Shown here in pieces: positions 32,007 to 40,600 of a stretch of 64,000 nucleotides of DNA. The DNA lies in assembly GCA_963708295.1 (NCBI GenBank), contig CAVPSJ010000019.1, forward strand, positions 1-64,000, given 5' to 3'. A program made the position numbers and the translations under genes. Numbering within the stretch: the stretch's first letter is position 1; each line of letters begins with the position of its first letter. The stretch comes from an uncultured delta proteobacterium. Its GTDB lineage: Bacteria > Desulfobacterota > BSN033 > UBA1163. The notes beneath the pieces were generated by a model. That model saw nothing but the letters and a program-made list of their open reading frames with translations. It was not told where the DNA came from and searched no databases.

Positions 32007-32339
32007 ATGAAAAAGCAAATGTTAAAGATGAGTTTGTGTCTTTTGGTTTTGGTAATCTTTATCAGCATGGGTTTTGCCCAACAAAGATCCGTCACCGGCG
32101 AGCCCGTGACGGTGACGGGCAAGATCAACTATATGGATCGAACAGGCAGCTACTATCTCCAAAGTGAGAAGCCTCATGCAGTGCTGATCATTGTGAACCA
32201 GGATCCGAAAATACTGGAAGCGTTGAAGGTAAGCGGAAAGACGGTAACCGTTGAAGGGAAATTGACCGGCGGGGCGGACCTTCTTTTCGTTGAGAAGATC
32301 GACGGCAAACCCTATATTGGATTGCACGTGATCAGATGA
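32007..32339 (+). CDS. Small secreted hypothetical protein (possible OB fold)
   Basis: GGAGG RBS, signal peptide, VTVTGKI..GKTVTVEGKL. Confidence 0.75.
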   Translation: MKKQMLKMSLCLLVLVIFISMGFAQQRSVTGEPVTVTGKINYMDRTGSYYLQSEKPHAVLIIVNQDPKILEALKVSGKTVTVEGKLTGGADLLFVEKIDGKPYIGLHVIR

Positions 32340-32383
32340 CGGGCAGGAAGATCTTTCAACCCATCCGGGAAGGATGGAGAAGA

Positions 32384-32600
32384 TCAGACGTAGCCTTTTT
32401 GGATGGCGTAGTTGACGAGGTCGGCAGTCATTTTAACATTCAATTTTTTCATGATATTGGCACGGTGATGTTCTACGGTGCGTGCACTGATAAAGAGAAG
32501 ATCGCCGATCTCCTCCCCGATTTTCCTTCTGCAATCCGCTTTAGGATTTCTCTTTCGCGGATGGTCAGCCTTTCGTACAAAAAAGAGGTCTCCTGATCCC
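32384..32600 (-). pseudogene. C-terminal LuxR HTH fragment of a NarL-family regulator
   Basis: LTIREREILKRIAEG and EIGDLLFISARTVEHHRANIMKKL in two frames; no receiver domain. Confidence 0.72.
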
Positions 32601-32871
32601 CCTTGCCTGTCCTGACCCAATTGTCCATTAACCCTCGGAGAGGTTAGGGGATATGTAAATCTTTCCCTGCCGGACTCTATCGATCGCTGAAAAAAGTTCG
32701 GAAGCTGGGTCTTCTTTGAAAAGGTACCCTCCAGCACCGGCAGTGATGGCCGGAGGGGCCGCAGATGGGTGTTTTCCAGCAGCCCGTTCATTATTCTCTT
32801 GAAAGTTTGAGGGGACCTATGGTTAGATAAAAAAGTGCGGGAAACAGGCCTCGTGAGGATCGCGTCAGATC

Positions 32872-33594
32872 GTGGAAACGAAAAAAGATTTAAGGAACCT
32901 TCAGGAAAGGGTCGTTCACTGCAGGAAGTGCCCTCGGCTGGTCGCCTACCTGAAAGAAGTTTCCAACCATAAGCCCAAAAGATACCGGGACTGGGATTAC
33001 TGGTCGAACCCCCTTCCCAGTTTCGGAGACCCGGACGCCCGGGTTCTAATCGTCGGATTGGCTCCTGCTGCACAAGGAGGGAATCGGACAGGCCGAATGT
33101 TCACGGGAGATCGAAGCGGGGAATGGCTATTTCGAGCACTTCATCAGTTCGGTTTTGCCAATCAACCTAATTCTCTTCGAAACGATGACGGCTTCAAATT
33201 GGACGATTGCTATATTACGGCAACGATTCGATGTGCCCCGCCCCAAAATAAGCCCCTGCCCCGGGAAATCGAAAACTGCAGGCCCTATTTTTTGGAAGAA
33301 ATCGACCTTTTAAAGAAGGTACAGGTCATCGTCCCGCTCGGTCAGATCGCTTTTGCACAGACATCGAGATCTCTAAGACGAAAGGGATACGATGTCCCGC
33401 CTCTTTCTTTCGGCCATGGGAAGAGTTACACAATCCGGCCGGGGGGTAGACTCCAAACTCCGAACTCCGAACTCCGAATTATTTCTTTGATCACCACCTA
33501 CCATCCCAGTCAGCAAAACACCCAGACCGGGAAACTGACCAGACCCATGTTTCACCGGGTTTTCAAAATGGTCCGAAAGAAGTTGAGAGATTGA
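32872..33594 (+). CDS. Uracil-DNA glycosylase family 5 (UdgB-like, 4Fe-4S)
   Basis: CRKCPRL, GLAPAAQGGNRTGRMFTGDRSG, RCAPPQNKP, YHPSQQNT. Confidence 0.93.
   Translation: METKKDLRNLQERVVHCRKCPRLVAYLKEVSNHKPKRYRDWDYWSNPLPSFGDPDARVLIVGLAPAAQGGNRTGRMFTGDRSGEWLFRALHQFGFANQPNSLRNDDGFKLDDCYITATIRCAPPQNKPLPREIENCRPYFLEEIDLLKKVQVIVPLGQIAFAQTSRSLRRKGYDVPPLSFGHGKSYTIRPGGRLQTPNSELRIISLITTYHPSQQNTQTGKLTRPMFHRVFKMVRKKLRD
33450..33477. repeat. Heptamer tandem repeat (ACTCCRA)x4 inside the UDG coding region
   Basis: actccaa-actccga-actccga-actccga encoding LQTPNSELR. Confidence 0.8.
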
Positions 33595-33682
33595 ATGTTG
33601 AGAATTTTGAGTTATGAGTTTTGAGTTGTCACTTTTTCTCGCTATGCGCCATGCGCTTTGCGCTATGCCCGTGATTTAAATC

Positions 33683-33955
33683 ATGGTTATTCAAATTCCC
33701 ATCGAGGATTGGATCGATCTTCACACTTTTTCTCCCAAGGAGACTCCTTCTCTCTTGGAGGACTATCTCCTCGAATGTCAGAAGAAGGGCTTCAAGGAAG
33801 TACGAATTATCCACGGAAAGGGAAAGGGCGTGCAGATGAACATCGTCCATTCATTTCTCAAGAAAAGTCCCCTTGTTGAATCCTTTAAATTAGCTCCACC
33901 CGAAGCAGGCTCCTGGGGCGCCACAATCGTCTATTTGAAGAAACCTCAGAGATAA
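33683..33955 (+). CDS. Smr/MutS2 domain protein
   Basis: IDLHTF, VRIIHGKGKG, GSWGATIV. Confidence 0.92.
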   Translation: MVIQIPIEDWIDLHTFSPKETPSLLEDYLLECQKKGFKEVRIIHGKGKGVQMNIVHSFLKKSPLVESFKLAPPEAGSWGATIVYLKKPQR

Positions 33956-34040
33956 GAAAGGTAAGTTCCCAGACCACAGGCCGGGGCTGGTATTCTGGCT
34001 GAATAGGACTTAAGAACATATTTTGAAAGGAGGTCAAGAG

Positions 34041-34487
34041 ATGAAGAAGATTTTGGTGTCATATTTCAGCAGAACAGGAAAAACCCAACAAATGGCCGAG
34101 TATATTGCCGAAGGAATACGAATTTCCGGAAACGAGGCAGAGATCAAGAAAATATCCGACATCAAGAATGAAAAAGAATTGGCGGGATACGATGGATACG
34201 CTTTCGGCGCACCGACTTATCACAGGACGATGCCCGGACCTGTTGAAACTTTCCTATTCTTGGCACAAAAAGCAAACCTCCGAGGAAAAGTCGGGGGCGC
34301 TTTCGGGTCCTATACGCACAGTGGTGACGCACCCAAGATGATCTTCGACACCATGGAGTTCGTGTTTAAAATGAAGGTGGTGGATTTGGGTTCGTTTAAT
34401 CTGTTGGAGCATCTGGTGGATACAAAAGAAGGTCTGAAATCCTGCCATGATTACGGGAAAGCCATCGGCGAGAAACTCAGCGCTTAG
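34041..34487 (+). CDS. Flavodoxin-domain protein
   Basis: YFSRTGKTQQMAE, FGAPTYH, GAFGSYTHSG. Confidence 0.9.
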   Translation: MKKILVSYFSRTGKTQQMAEYIAEGIRISGNEAEIKKISDIKNEKELAGYDGYAFGAPTYHRTMPGPVETFLFLAQKANLRGKVGGAFGSYTHSGDAPKMIFDTMEFVFKMKVVDLGSFNLLEHLVDTKEGLKSCHDYGKAIGEKLSA

Positions 34488-34498
34488 CACAAGAGAAA

Positions 34499-34873
34499 AT
34501 GGTTAAATTCTGGTTTCTCTCAGCAGGCATCTTTGGTTTTTTAAGTGTGGCCCTTGGAGCTTTTGGAGCTCACTCGTTAAAGAATATCCTGGACGATTAC
34601 GGAAGGTCGATCTACGAAAAGGCGGTCCTTTACCAAATGTTTCATACGGTGGCTTTATTCGCAGTAGGGGTGATGCAGCATTTTGATAAAGAGGCATCCT
34701 TCTCCGGGGCAGGTTGGGGATTTGTTGTCGGGATCTTTCTCTTCTCCGGGAGTCTCTATCTCATGGCGGTCACAGGAATAAGATGGCTCGGAGCCTTCAC
34801 TCCCGTTGGCGGAGTGGCTTTTCTTTTTGGCTGGTTTTGGATGGTATGGACCCTTGCCAAAGGACGCTTTTGA
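34499..34873 (+). CDS. DUF423 membrane protein
   Basis: VALGAFGAH, YQMFH, FSGSLY, TPVGG. Confidence 0.92.
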   Translation: MVKFWFLSAGIFGFLSVALGAFGAHSLKNILDDYGRSIYEKAVLYQMFHTVALFAVGVMQHFDKEASFSGAGWGFVVGIFLFSGSLYLMAVTGIRWLGAFTPVGGVAFLFGWFWMVWTLAKGRF

Positions 34874-35028
34874 TTCCGGCCGACCATCGATCCAAAATAC
34901 CTACCCCTGTTATCATACGGTCGAGAGATCGAGAGTAGAGAGAGAAATGTCAAATGAAAAAGAATGGAAGAACGGGAGCAGCCGACGTTATCGGCCATAG
35001 CCCATTCTTCACAACGAAGGAGGTTAAC

Positions 35029-35232
35029 ATGACCACCCCTCGACACTGCCCAGGTTTCGAACAGTTCAAAGGCCTAAAATCTTTCGTCTGCAATTGCCCG
35101 AATTGCGGGAAAGACGTTGAGATCTTCTCCGATGAATTTGACAGAAAACATACCTGCAGGGGTTGTCATCAAGAGATCGACTTTACAAAATGTACCCTGA
35201 CGGGTGGAGCATCCGATACTTCACCCCGGTAA
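35029..35232 (+). CDS. Small Cys-rich zinc-ribbon protein
   Basis: GGAGG RBS; HCPG..CNCPNCGKDVEIFSDE..CRGC. Confidence 0.75.
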   Translation: MTTPRHCPGFEQFKGLKSFVCNCPNCGKDVEIFSDEFDRKHTCRGCHQEIDFTKCTLTGGASDTSPR

Positions 35233-35239
35233 GAAAACA

Positions 35240-35522
35240 GGAAATCGAAATTCGAAGCACGAAATTCGAAACAAAGATGTTAAATCCTAAACTCGAAATC
35301 CCTGCCTTCGCCGAAGCGGCTTCGCGCAGGCAGGCTAAACTCTAAAGAAACTCAAATGTCCAAAACACAAAACTTAAATCGGTTCAATGGTTGAAAAGTC
35401 ACGAATGCTTTTTGAGTTTTTTATTTTGAATTTGTTTAGGGTTTAGAGTTTAGTGTTTAGAGTTTAGACAACTTTGAGTTGGTCCGAGACGGACGCTCCG
35501 CCCGAAATTCGGAATTCGGATT
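35240..35522. repeat. Intergenic heptamer-repeat element with a nested REP hairpin
   Basis: AAATTCG/AAATCCT/AAACTCT heptamers on the left, complementary TTTAGAG-type heptamers on the right; CCTGCCT..AGGCAGG hairpin at 35301-35334. Confidence 0.7.
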
Positions 35523-36002
35523 TTAGATTTTGATGATCTCTCCTTCAATCTGCTCTCCGAGGCGCAGGATCCCAAGGCTGGGCCGGTGAATAAAGGAACG
35601 GGTGGGAGAACCGGGGTTGAAGAAGTAAACGTTTTTGCTCCGGTGATTCGCCGGGGCATGGCTGTGACCGTAAACAATCGCGTCCACTTCATCGAATTCC
35701 CCCCGGATACGTGACTCGATTCCAAAGGGAGGTCCCCCTCCATGAATGAGGGCGATCTTGAATCCCTTGATTTCAACGATCCTCTTCCGGGGGAATGCTT
35801 TCTGAATGTCCTGAGGATCCATATTTCCACAAACAGCGATCAATTCTTTCCGGCTCGAAAGATAGTCTACGATGCTCCAGTCCACGAAGTCTCCCGCGTG
35901 AAAAATCTTTTCCACGTCCCCGAAATGAGATTCGATCATCTTCTTGAAACCAGAGTTAGGTTCTCTCAAGTGGGTATCTGAAATCACGCCGATCTTCATC
36001 AT
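35523..36002 (-). CDS. YfcE/MJ0936-family metallophosphoesterase
   Basis: SDTH, HAGD, GNMD, HG, GHSH, NPGS. Confidence 0.93.
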   Translation of the reverse strand: MMKIGVISDTHLREPNSGFKKMIESHFGDVEKIFHAGDFVDWSIVDYLSSRKELIAVCGNMDPQDIQKAFPRKRIVEIKGFKIALIHGGGPPFGIESRIRGEFDEVDAIVYGHSHAPANHRSKNVYFFNPGSPTRSFIHRPSLGILRLGEQIEGEIIKI

Positions 36003-36020
36003 TTACCAACCGTAGTTTTT

Positions 36021-36371
36021 TTGTCATGCTGAATTTATTTCAACATCTCACTCAAGTCTTTCCACTCTGAATTGAATTCATTTATCAAATTTATTTTCCA
36101 GCTTCTGTGCCAATTTTTTAATTGTTTCTCCTTTTCGAGAGCACTTCCAACATCTGAGGTTGTCTCAAAATAAACCAATTTATTAAGGTTATATTTCTTT
36201 GTAAACCCATTTATCATTTTGTTCTTGTGCTCATACATTCTACGTTCAAGATCATTTGTTGCCCCTATGTAAAGAACCTTATCGGACTTGTTTGTGAGGA
36301 TGTAAACATAATACTGTTTCGTCATGGTTTATCTGTGATGCTGAGATCCTGAAATAAATTCAGGATGACAA
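36021..36371. mobile_element. GIY-YIG nuclease cassette bounded by 30-bp inverted palindromic repeats
   Basis: 36021-36050 matches the reverse complement of 36342-36371 at 27/30; AT-rich interior. Confidence 0.55.
36035..36325 (-). CDS. Small GIY-YIG nuclease (YhbQ-like)
   Basis: YYVYIL..LYIGATNDLERRMYEH..FTKKY..EKQLKNWHRSWK. Confidence 0.93.
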   Translation of the reverse strand: MTKQYYVYILTNKSDKVLYIGATNDLERRMYEHKNKMINGFTKKYNLNKLVYFETTSDVGSALEKEKQLKNWHRSWKINLINEFNSEWKDLSEMLK

Positions 36372-36410
36372 AACTTGATTCAGGGAAGGGTTCAGGGTAA
36401 CCAGAAAAAG

Positions 36411-37367
36411 TCACTTTGCCAATTCTACAACGGAATAATAGACTCCCATCGCTACCCTGCTCATGAATTCGAAGTTCAAGGTTTCTATCTTGTCCGATGG
36501 AAGATGGTAGTTCGGGTTTCTCAAAAAAGAGGTATCCGTCACCAAAAGCGCCGCAAATCCTTCATCCCAAAAGATGCTGTGGTCGCTCAGCCTTACTTCA
36601 TCCATTTTCTCCCCATTCCCGGGCACCACGAGAAATTCTAATGGAAGCTCGGGGATATTCGTTTTGAAAGAAAGGCAAACTCTCTCCAGCAACTTTTGCG
36701 ACCTTTTGTTTCCGACGATAGCGATAAAATCTCCGACCATGGGATAATACTTCGGATCAAGATAGGGGGGATAATCCTGTCTCGGGCCGGTAAATCCCAC
36801 CATCTCCAGTGAAATCATCCCGAGGATTTCCTCCTTTTTCTTCTTCAGGCCCTTCACGTAATGGGCGCTGCCGATATAGCCATATTCTTCGAGGGTGAAG
36901 GCGATCAATCGCACCGTCTTCTCCACGGAGACAGATTGAATATTTCTCCCTATCTCGAGAAGCACGGCGACGGCGCTGGCATTGTCATCCGCTCCCGGAG
37001 ACCCTGGAACCGTGTCGTAATGGGCTCCCACGATAAAAACCTTATCGGGAGAACTCCTCCCTTTCTTTTCCGCGACGATATTCTTATAGGATTTCCCTTC
37101 CCATTGAAAAGAGTCTTCTCTGACGTCCAGCCCCACCTTGAGAAATTCTCTTCTGATATATTGTGCTGCCTGCTCCAACCCGGGATAGCCCTCATACGGA
37201 TTCCGATCAAACAGCATGTTTTCCACATGCCTCCTCAAACTTTCAACGGAAACTATCGCGCTATTCACGTCAATCCTTTTGTCCCCGATGAGTCCGATCA
37301 ATAATAGAAACAAAGCGAGGAGAAGAGAGAGAGATCCGTTCATTTTCCGGTCTTGAGTCGTGTTCAT
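36411..37367 (-). CDS. M28-family peptidase
   Basis: GAHYD, GADDNAS, FTLEE, SLEM, SDH, YH. Confidence 0.92.
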   Translation of the reverse strand: MNTTQDRKMNGSLSLLLALFLLLIGLIGDKRIDVNSAIVSVESLRRHVENMLFDRNPYEGYPGLEQAAQYIRREFLKVGLDVREDSFQWEGKSYKNIVAEKKGRSSPDKVFIVGAHYDTVPGSPGADDNASAVAVLLEIGRNIQSVSVEKTVRLIAFTLEEYGYIGSAHYVKGLKKKKEEILGMISLEMVGFTGPRQDYPPYLDPKYYPMVGDFIAIVGNKRSQKLLERVCLSFKTNIPELPLEFLVVPGNGEKMDEVRLSDHSIFWDEGFAALLVTDTSFLRNPNYHLPSDKIETLNFEFMSRVAMGVYYSVVELAK

Positions 37368-37634
37368 CGTATTTTAAAAGCGAATATTTGTCAATTCCGG
37401 CAACCTCCTGTTCATGGACCCAGCCGAAAAATACTGCCTTTTCATCGGTAAAATACATGCTTCCCCTTATTTCATCACCCACTGCGTTTTGATATCTTAA
37501 ACTTAAGAGGAGCAAATTTTTTTTCATCTCATCCCTCTCAGGCTGGGCCCCCCTCCCAGCCTCTTTTTTTGTCTAAGCAAGAATGGTTAGCCAGCCCCCT
37601 TCTCCCAAGATGTTGCGTCACAATATCATTAGGA

Positions 37635-37852
37635 GACTGCTGAAAAAGTTATCTTTCCCAGGTTGCTCAAAAAGGGCCAGATACAAGGCCCCCGAAATCC
37701 TGAGAGTGGCGTCGCGACGAATAAGGAGAGACATCTTGCCACGCCGACGAGTTGGTGAGTCGGCCGGAGGCGTACTTGGCTGTACGTTGCAATGACGAAG
37801 GATGAGGGAATCCCGCGAAGCGCGGGGCTGATGGCCATTTTTCAGCAACCTG
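37635..37852. mobile_element. MITE-like element; partial right-end copies at 32762-32783 and 54856-54898
   Basis: TIRs CAGGTTGCTCAAAAA (37659-37673) and TTTTTCAGCAACCTG (37838-37852); internal CCCGCGAAGCGCGGG hairpin shared with the 54856 copy. Confidence 0.7.
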
Positions 37853-37900
37853 TTAGACTTTCTTTTCCCTTTCGGAGCCTGTTTAAGCTATAATGCAGAA

Positions 37901-38350
37901 ATGCCTATCGGCAGGAAGAAAAAGGCCATCGTTCATATCGCCAAACAAAATCTTCACTTGGACGAGGAAACTTATCGTCAAATTCTTAAGGGCGTGGCGG
38001 GGGTGGAGAGTTCAACCCAGCTGACGGAAGCAGGCTTCGAGAAGGTAATGAGAAGGTTTCAAGAAATGGGATTCAAAGGTCTCCTCCCTGACCCCTACCA
38101 GCCCGTTCCCAAAGGGCGACTCATTCCTCCTGAGAGCCCCCAGGGTCAGCAAACGCTTACTCCAAGTCAGGTCCGTTTCATCTCTTATCTCTTAGAAAAA
38201 TTGAACTGGGAGGAAGGACATTACCACGCCCTCTGCCGGCGAATCATTAAAAAACCGGATCCCTTGACCAAGCGGGACGGGCAAAAGATGATCATCGGTT
38301 TGATGGCCATTCTCAGGCAGGGGGAAATCCGAAAGAGGAGAAATCTATGA
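37901..38350 (+). CDS. GemA / phage Mu gp16 (DUF1018) family protein
   Basis: IVHIAKQNLHLDEETYRQILKGVAGVESSTQLT..VMRRFQEMGF. Confidence 0.82.
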   Translation: MPIGRKKKAIVHIAKQNLHLDEETYRQILKGVAGVESSTQLTEAGFEKVMRRFQEMGFKGLLPDPYQPVPKGRLIPPESPQGQQTLTPSQVRFISYLLEKLNWEEGHYHALCRRIIKKPDPLTKRDGQKMIIGLMAILRQGEIRKRRNL

Positions 38351-39132
38351 AAAGGTACTTGATCATTGGCCTGGTCGTGGCCTTGTTCGTCTCTCTGGGA
38401 CTCATGGCAATCGGTAAAGAAACCCATTCGCCCTTTGTTGAAATGGAGGTGAAGGGAGTCAGACTGGATGCCGTCGTAAGCAGTCCGGTCGTCCTCCTGG
38501 CAGACAAAGAAGGAAAGAAGGCACTCCCCATCTGGATCGGCCTCGTTGAAGCCAATGCGATCGATAAAGAACTGAAAAACAGCACCTCCCCGAGGCCGAT
38601 GACCCATGACCTTCTTTATTCCATCCTTGCGCAAGCACACGTCAAAGTGAAACAGGTAAAAATCGTCGGCCTGAAAAACAATACCTATTACGCAACTCTC
38701 TTTCTCACCATCAACAAAGGGACCGTGGAGGTCGATGCTCGACCCAGCGATGCTATTGTCATCGCATTAAAGTCTAAAACGCCTATCTTCGTCTCTGCCA
38801 AGATTCTCGACGAGCAAGGAATCGCCCTCACCCAAAAGAGCGCCTCGATCGAGCGGTTTGGAATGCGCGTCCAGGAACTGACTCCTCCCCTGGCCTCCTA
38901 CTTCAACTTCAAGGGACAGAAGGGCGTCCTGGTCGCGGAGGTCCTCCCGGGCAGCGTCTCGGAATCTTCCGGGATCAGAGCCGGAGATATCCTACTCAAA
39001 GTCAATTCAAAGGAAGTGGGAAGTGTGGAAGAGCTTCAGGAGGGCTTTGACTCCGTTAAGGCGGGCGATCCGGTTCGAGTCGGGCTCTTCAGGGATGAAC
39101 AATCAATGGAAGTCAACCTGACGCTTAAATAG
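38347..39132 (+). CDS. Bifunctional nuclease (DUF151) with N-terminal signal/TM and C-terminal PDZ domain
   Basis: LPIWIGLVEANAI, PRPMTHDL, DARPSDAI; GVLVAEVLPGS..GIRAGDILLKVN. Confidence 0.9.
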   Translation: MKRYLIIGLVVALFVSLGLMAIGKETHSPFVEMEVKGVRLDAVVSSPVVLLADKEGKKALPIWIGLVEANAIDKELKNSTSPRPMTHDLLYSILAQAHVKVKQVKIVGLKNNTYYATLFLTINKGTVEVDARPSDAIVIALKSKTPIFVSAKILDEQGIALTQKSASIERFGMRVQELTPPLASYFNFKGQKGVLVAEVLPGSVSESSGIRAGDILLKVNSKEVGSVEELQEGFDSVKAGDPVRVGLFRDEQSMEVNLTLK

Positions 39133-39205
39133 GGACACATCCCGTTTTTGCTCTTTGGGGGATTGCAAAGGTATGCGAAGAATAAAAAAATGGGATGTGT
39201 CCCTA
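39130..39205. repeat. 76-bp REP/REPIN-like inverted repeat, possible bidirectional terminator
   Basis: TAGGGACACATCCCGTTTTT / AAAAATGGGATGTGTCCCTA, 19/20 complementary. Confidence 0.7.
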
Positions 39206-40600
39206 CTTATCCCCACGAATATTCCCTCTTGCCAGGGAGGCGAATACGCCTCCGAAGCAGAGAATGGTAAAGAAGACAAAGGCCAATTTGATGCATTTCA
39301 AGAAGACCGGATAGGTCTCTTGCGTGATTTGGACCTTCCCGAGGTAGATGGAAAATATCAAGAGAGCAGTTCCCATGCTGAAGGCCATCCCGGTGATTCG
39401 CATGGTCGAGAGCGTTCCTGAGCCCACTCCGTAAAACCTGCTTTCAACCGAGCTCATCACCGCATTCGCGTTGGGAACCGAGAAAAGGCCATAACCCAAC
39501 CCAAGAAGAATCAGGTTCCCCAGGATGAAGAGGAGCGGGGTTTTTTCATTTAGAACGGTAAACAGGCAAATCCCCACCCCGGTCAAAACCAATCCGATCG
39601 AAGCGACGATTCGCGGTTCAATCCTGTCCGAAAGCTTGCCGCTAAAGGGTGAGCAGAGCGCTTGGACAATCGGCTGGGCGATCAGGATCAACCCCGCATT
39701 TTCAGGGGCCAGTTTTTTCACGTATTGCAGGTAAAGACTTAAAAGGAAGGTAATCGCGAAGCTTGCGCTGGAATGAATCAGCGTTGCCAGGTTTGAGAAG
39801 GCGAACGCCCGATTGTTCCTAAAGAGCTTGATCTCCAAAACAGGGGTTCTCACCTTTCCTTCCCACTTAATGAACAAGGGTATGCCCAGGAAGCCTGCCA
39901 GAAGAAGCCATACGCCTTGCGCCGTCGACAATTGAGAAAAACCATACATGATGAGAAAAAGAATGATACTGTAAAGAACCGAGCCCGTCAGATCCAATTT
40001 ATCTTCTTCGGCCTCGCGCCATTCCCCTTTCAGTGTTCGGAGGGTGAGAAGAACGAGGATAGACCCGACAAGGACATTGACGAGAAAAATACTCCTCCAT
40101 CCGAGGTATTGGGTTAAGAGTCCGCCTAAAAAGGGTCCTGAAGAAAACCCGAGGTAGACGGCAGCCCCGTTTATTCCCAAGACTCTACCCAGCTCTCTGG
40201 GAGGAAAGGTGGAGGTCAGGATAGCCGCCCCGATAGGATAAACGGCTGCAGCGCCGATCCCTTGCAAGACCCGGAAGCAGATCAGCATCGCGGCAGAGTT
40301 CGAGAGGGCACAACCCGCAGAGGTCAAAGTAAACGTCATGACACCGTAGGTGAACAATCTTTTTCTTCCATAAATGTCTGCGCTTTTGCCAAAGGGGACA
40401 ACAAACATGGCTGAGGCCAGAAGATACACCGTCGTCACCCAACTCATTAGAATGGCGTCCATTGAAAAGGCCTTCCCGATGGAGGGAAGTGCAATATTCA
40501 CGGAGGATATCCCAAAGGGGGAGATGAAGGAAGCCAGCGTGGTGATGAATAAGGCAGGTCCTTTATTGGCGGCACGATCGCCATCTGTAGCGTTTGTCAT
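39203..40600 (-). CDS. MFS transporter (DHA2/EmrB-like, 14 TM)
   Basis: VNIALPSI, GKSADIYGRKR, RVLQGIGAA, GPFLGG..WRSIFLVN. Confidence 0.92.
   Translation of the reverse strand: MTNATDGDRAANKGPALFITTLASFISPFGISSVNIALPSIGKAFSMDAILMSWVTTVYLLASAMFVVPFGKSADIYGRKRLFTYGVMTFTLTSAGCALSNSAAMLICFRVLQGIGAAAVYPIGAAILTSTFPPRELGRVLGINGAAVYLGFSSGPFLGGLLTQYLGWRSIFLVNVLVGSILVLLTLRTLKGEWREAEEDKLDLTGSVLYSIILFLIMYGFSQLSTAQGVWLLLAGFLGIPLFIKWEGKVRTPVLEIKLFRNNRAFAFSNLATLIHSSASFAITFLLSLYLQYVKKLAPENAGLILIAQPIVQALCSPFSGKLSDRIEPRIVASIGLVLTGVGICLFTVLNEKTPLLFILGNLILLGLGYGLFSVPNANAVMSSVESRFYGVGSGTLSTMRITGMAFSMGTALLIFSIYLGKVQITQETYPVFLKCIKLAFVFFTILCFGGVFASLARGNIRGDK

Noticed and set aside
32600-33073. 229-aa minus-strand ORF as a full LuxR regulator
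   Set aside because: Only the last ~45 codons match the HTH; the rest is antisense to udgB or intergenic.
37270-37527. 85-aa minus-strand ORF upstream of the M28 peptidase
   Set aside because: No recognisable motif and it overlaps the peptidase start; cannot be supported as a gene.
37901-38350. Mu-like prophage
   Set aside because: Only the GemA-like gene is present; no transposase or structural genes.
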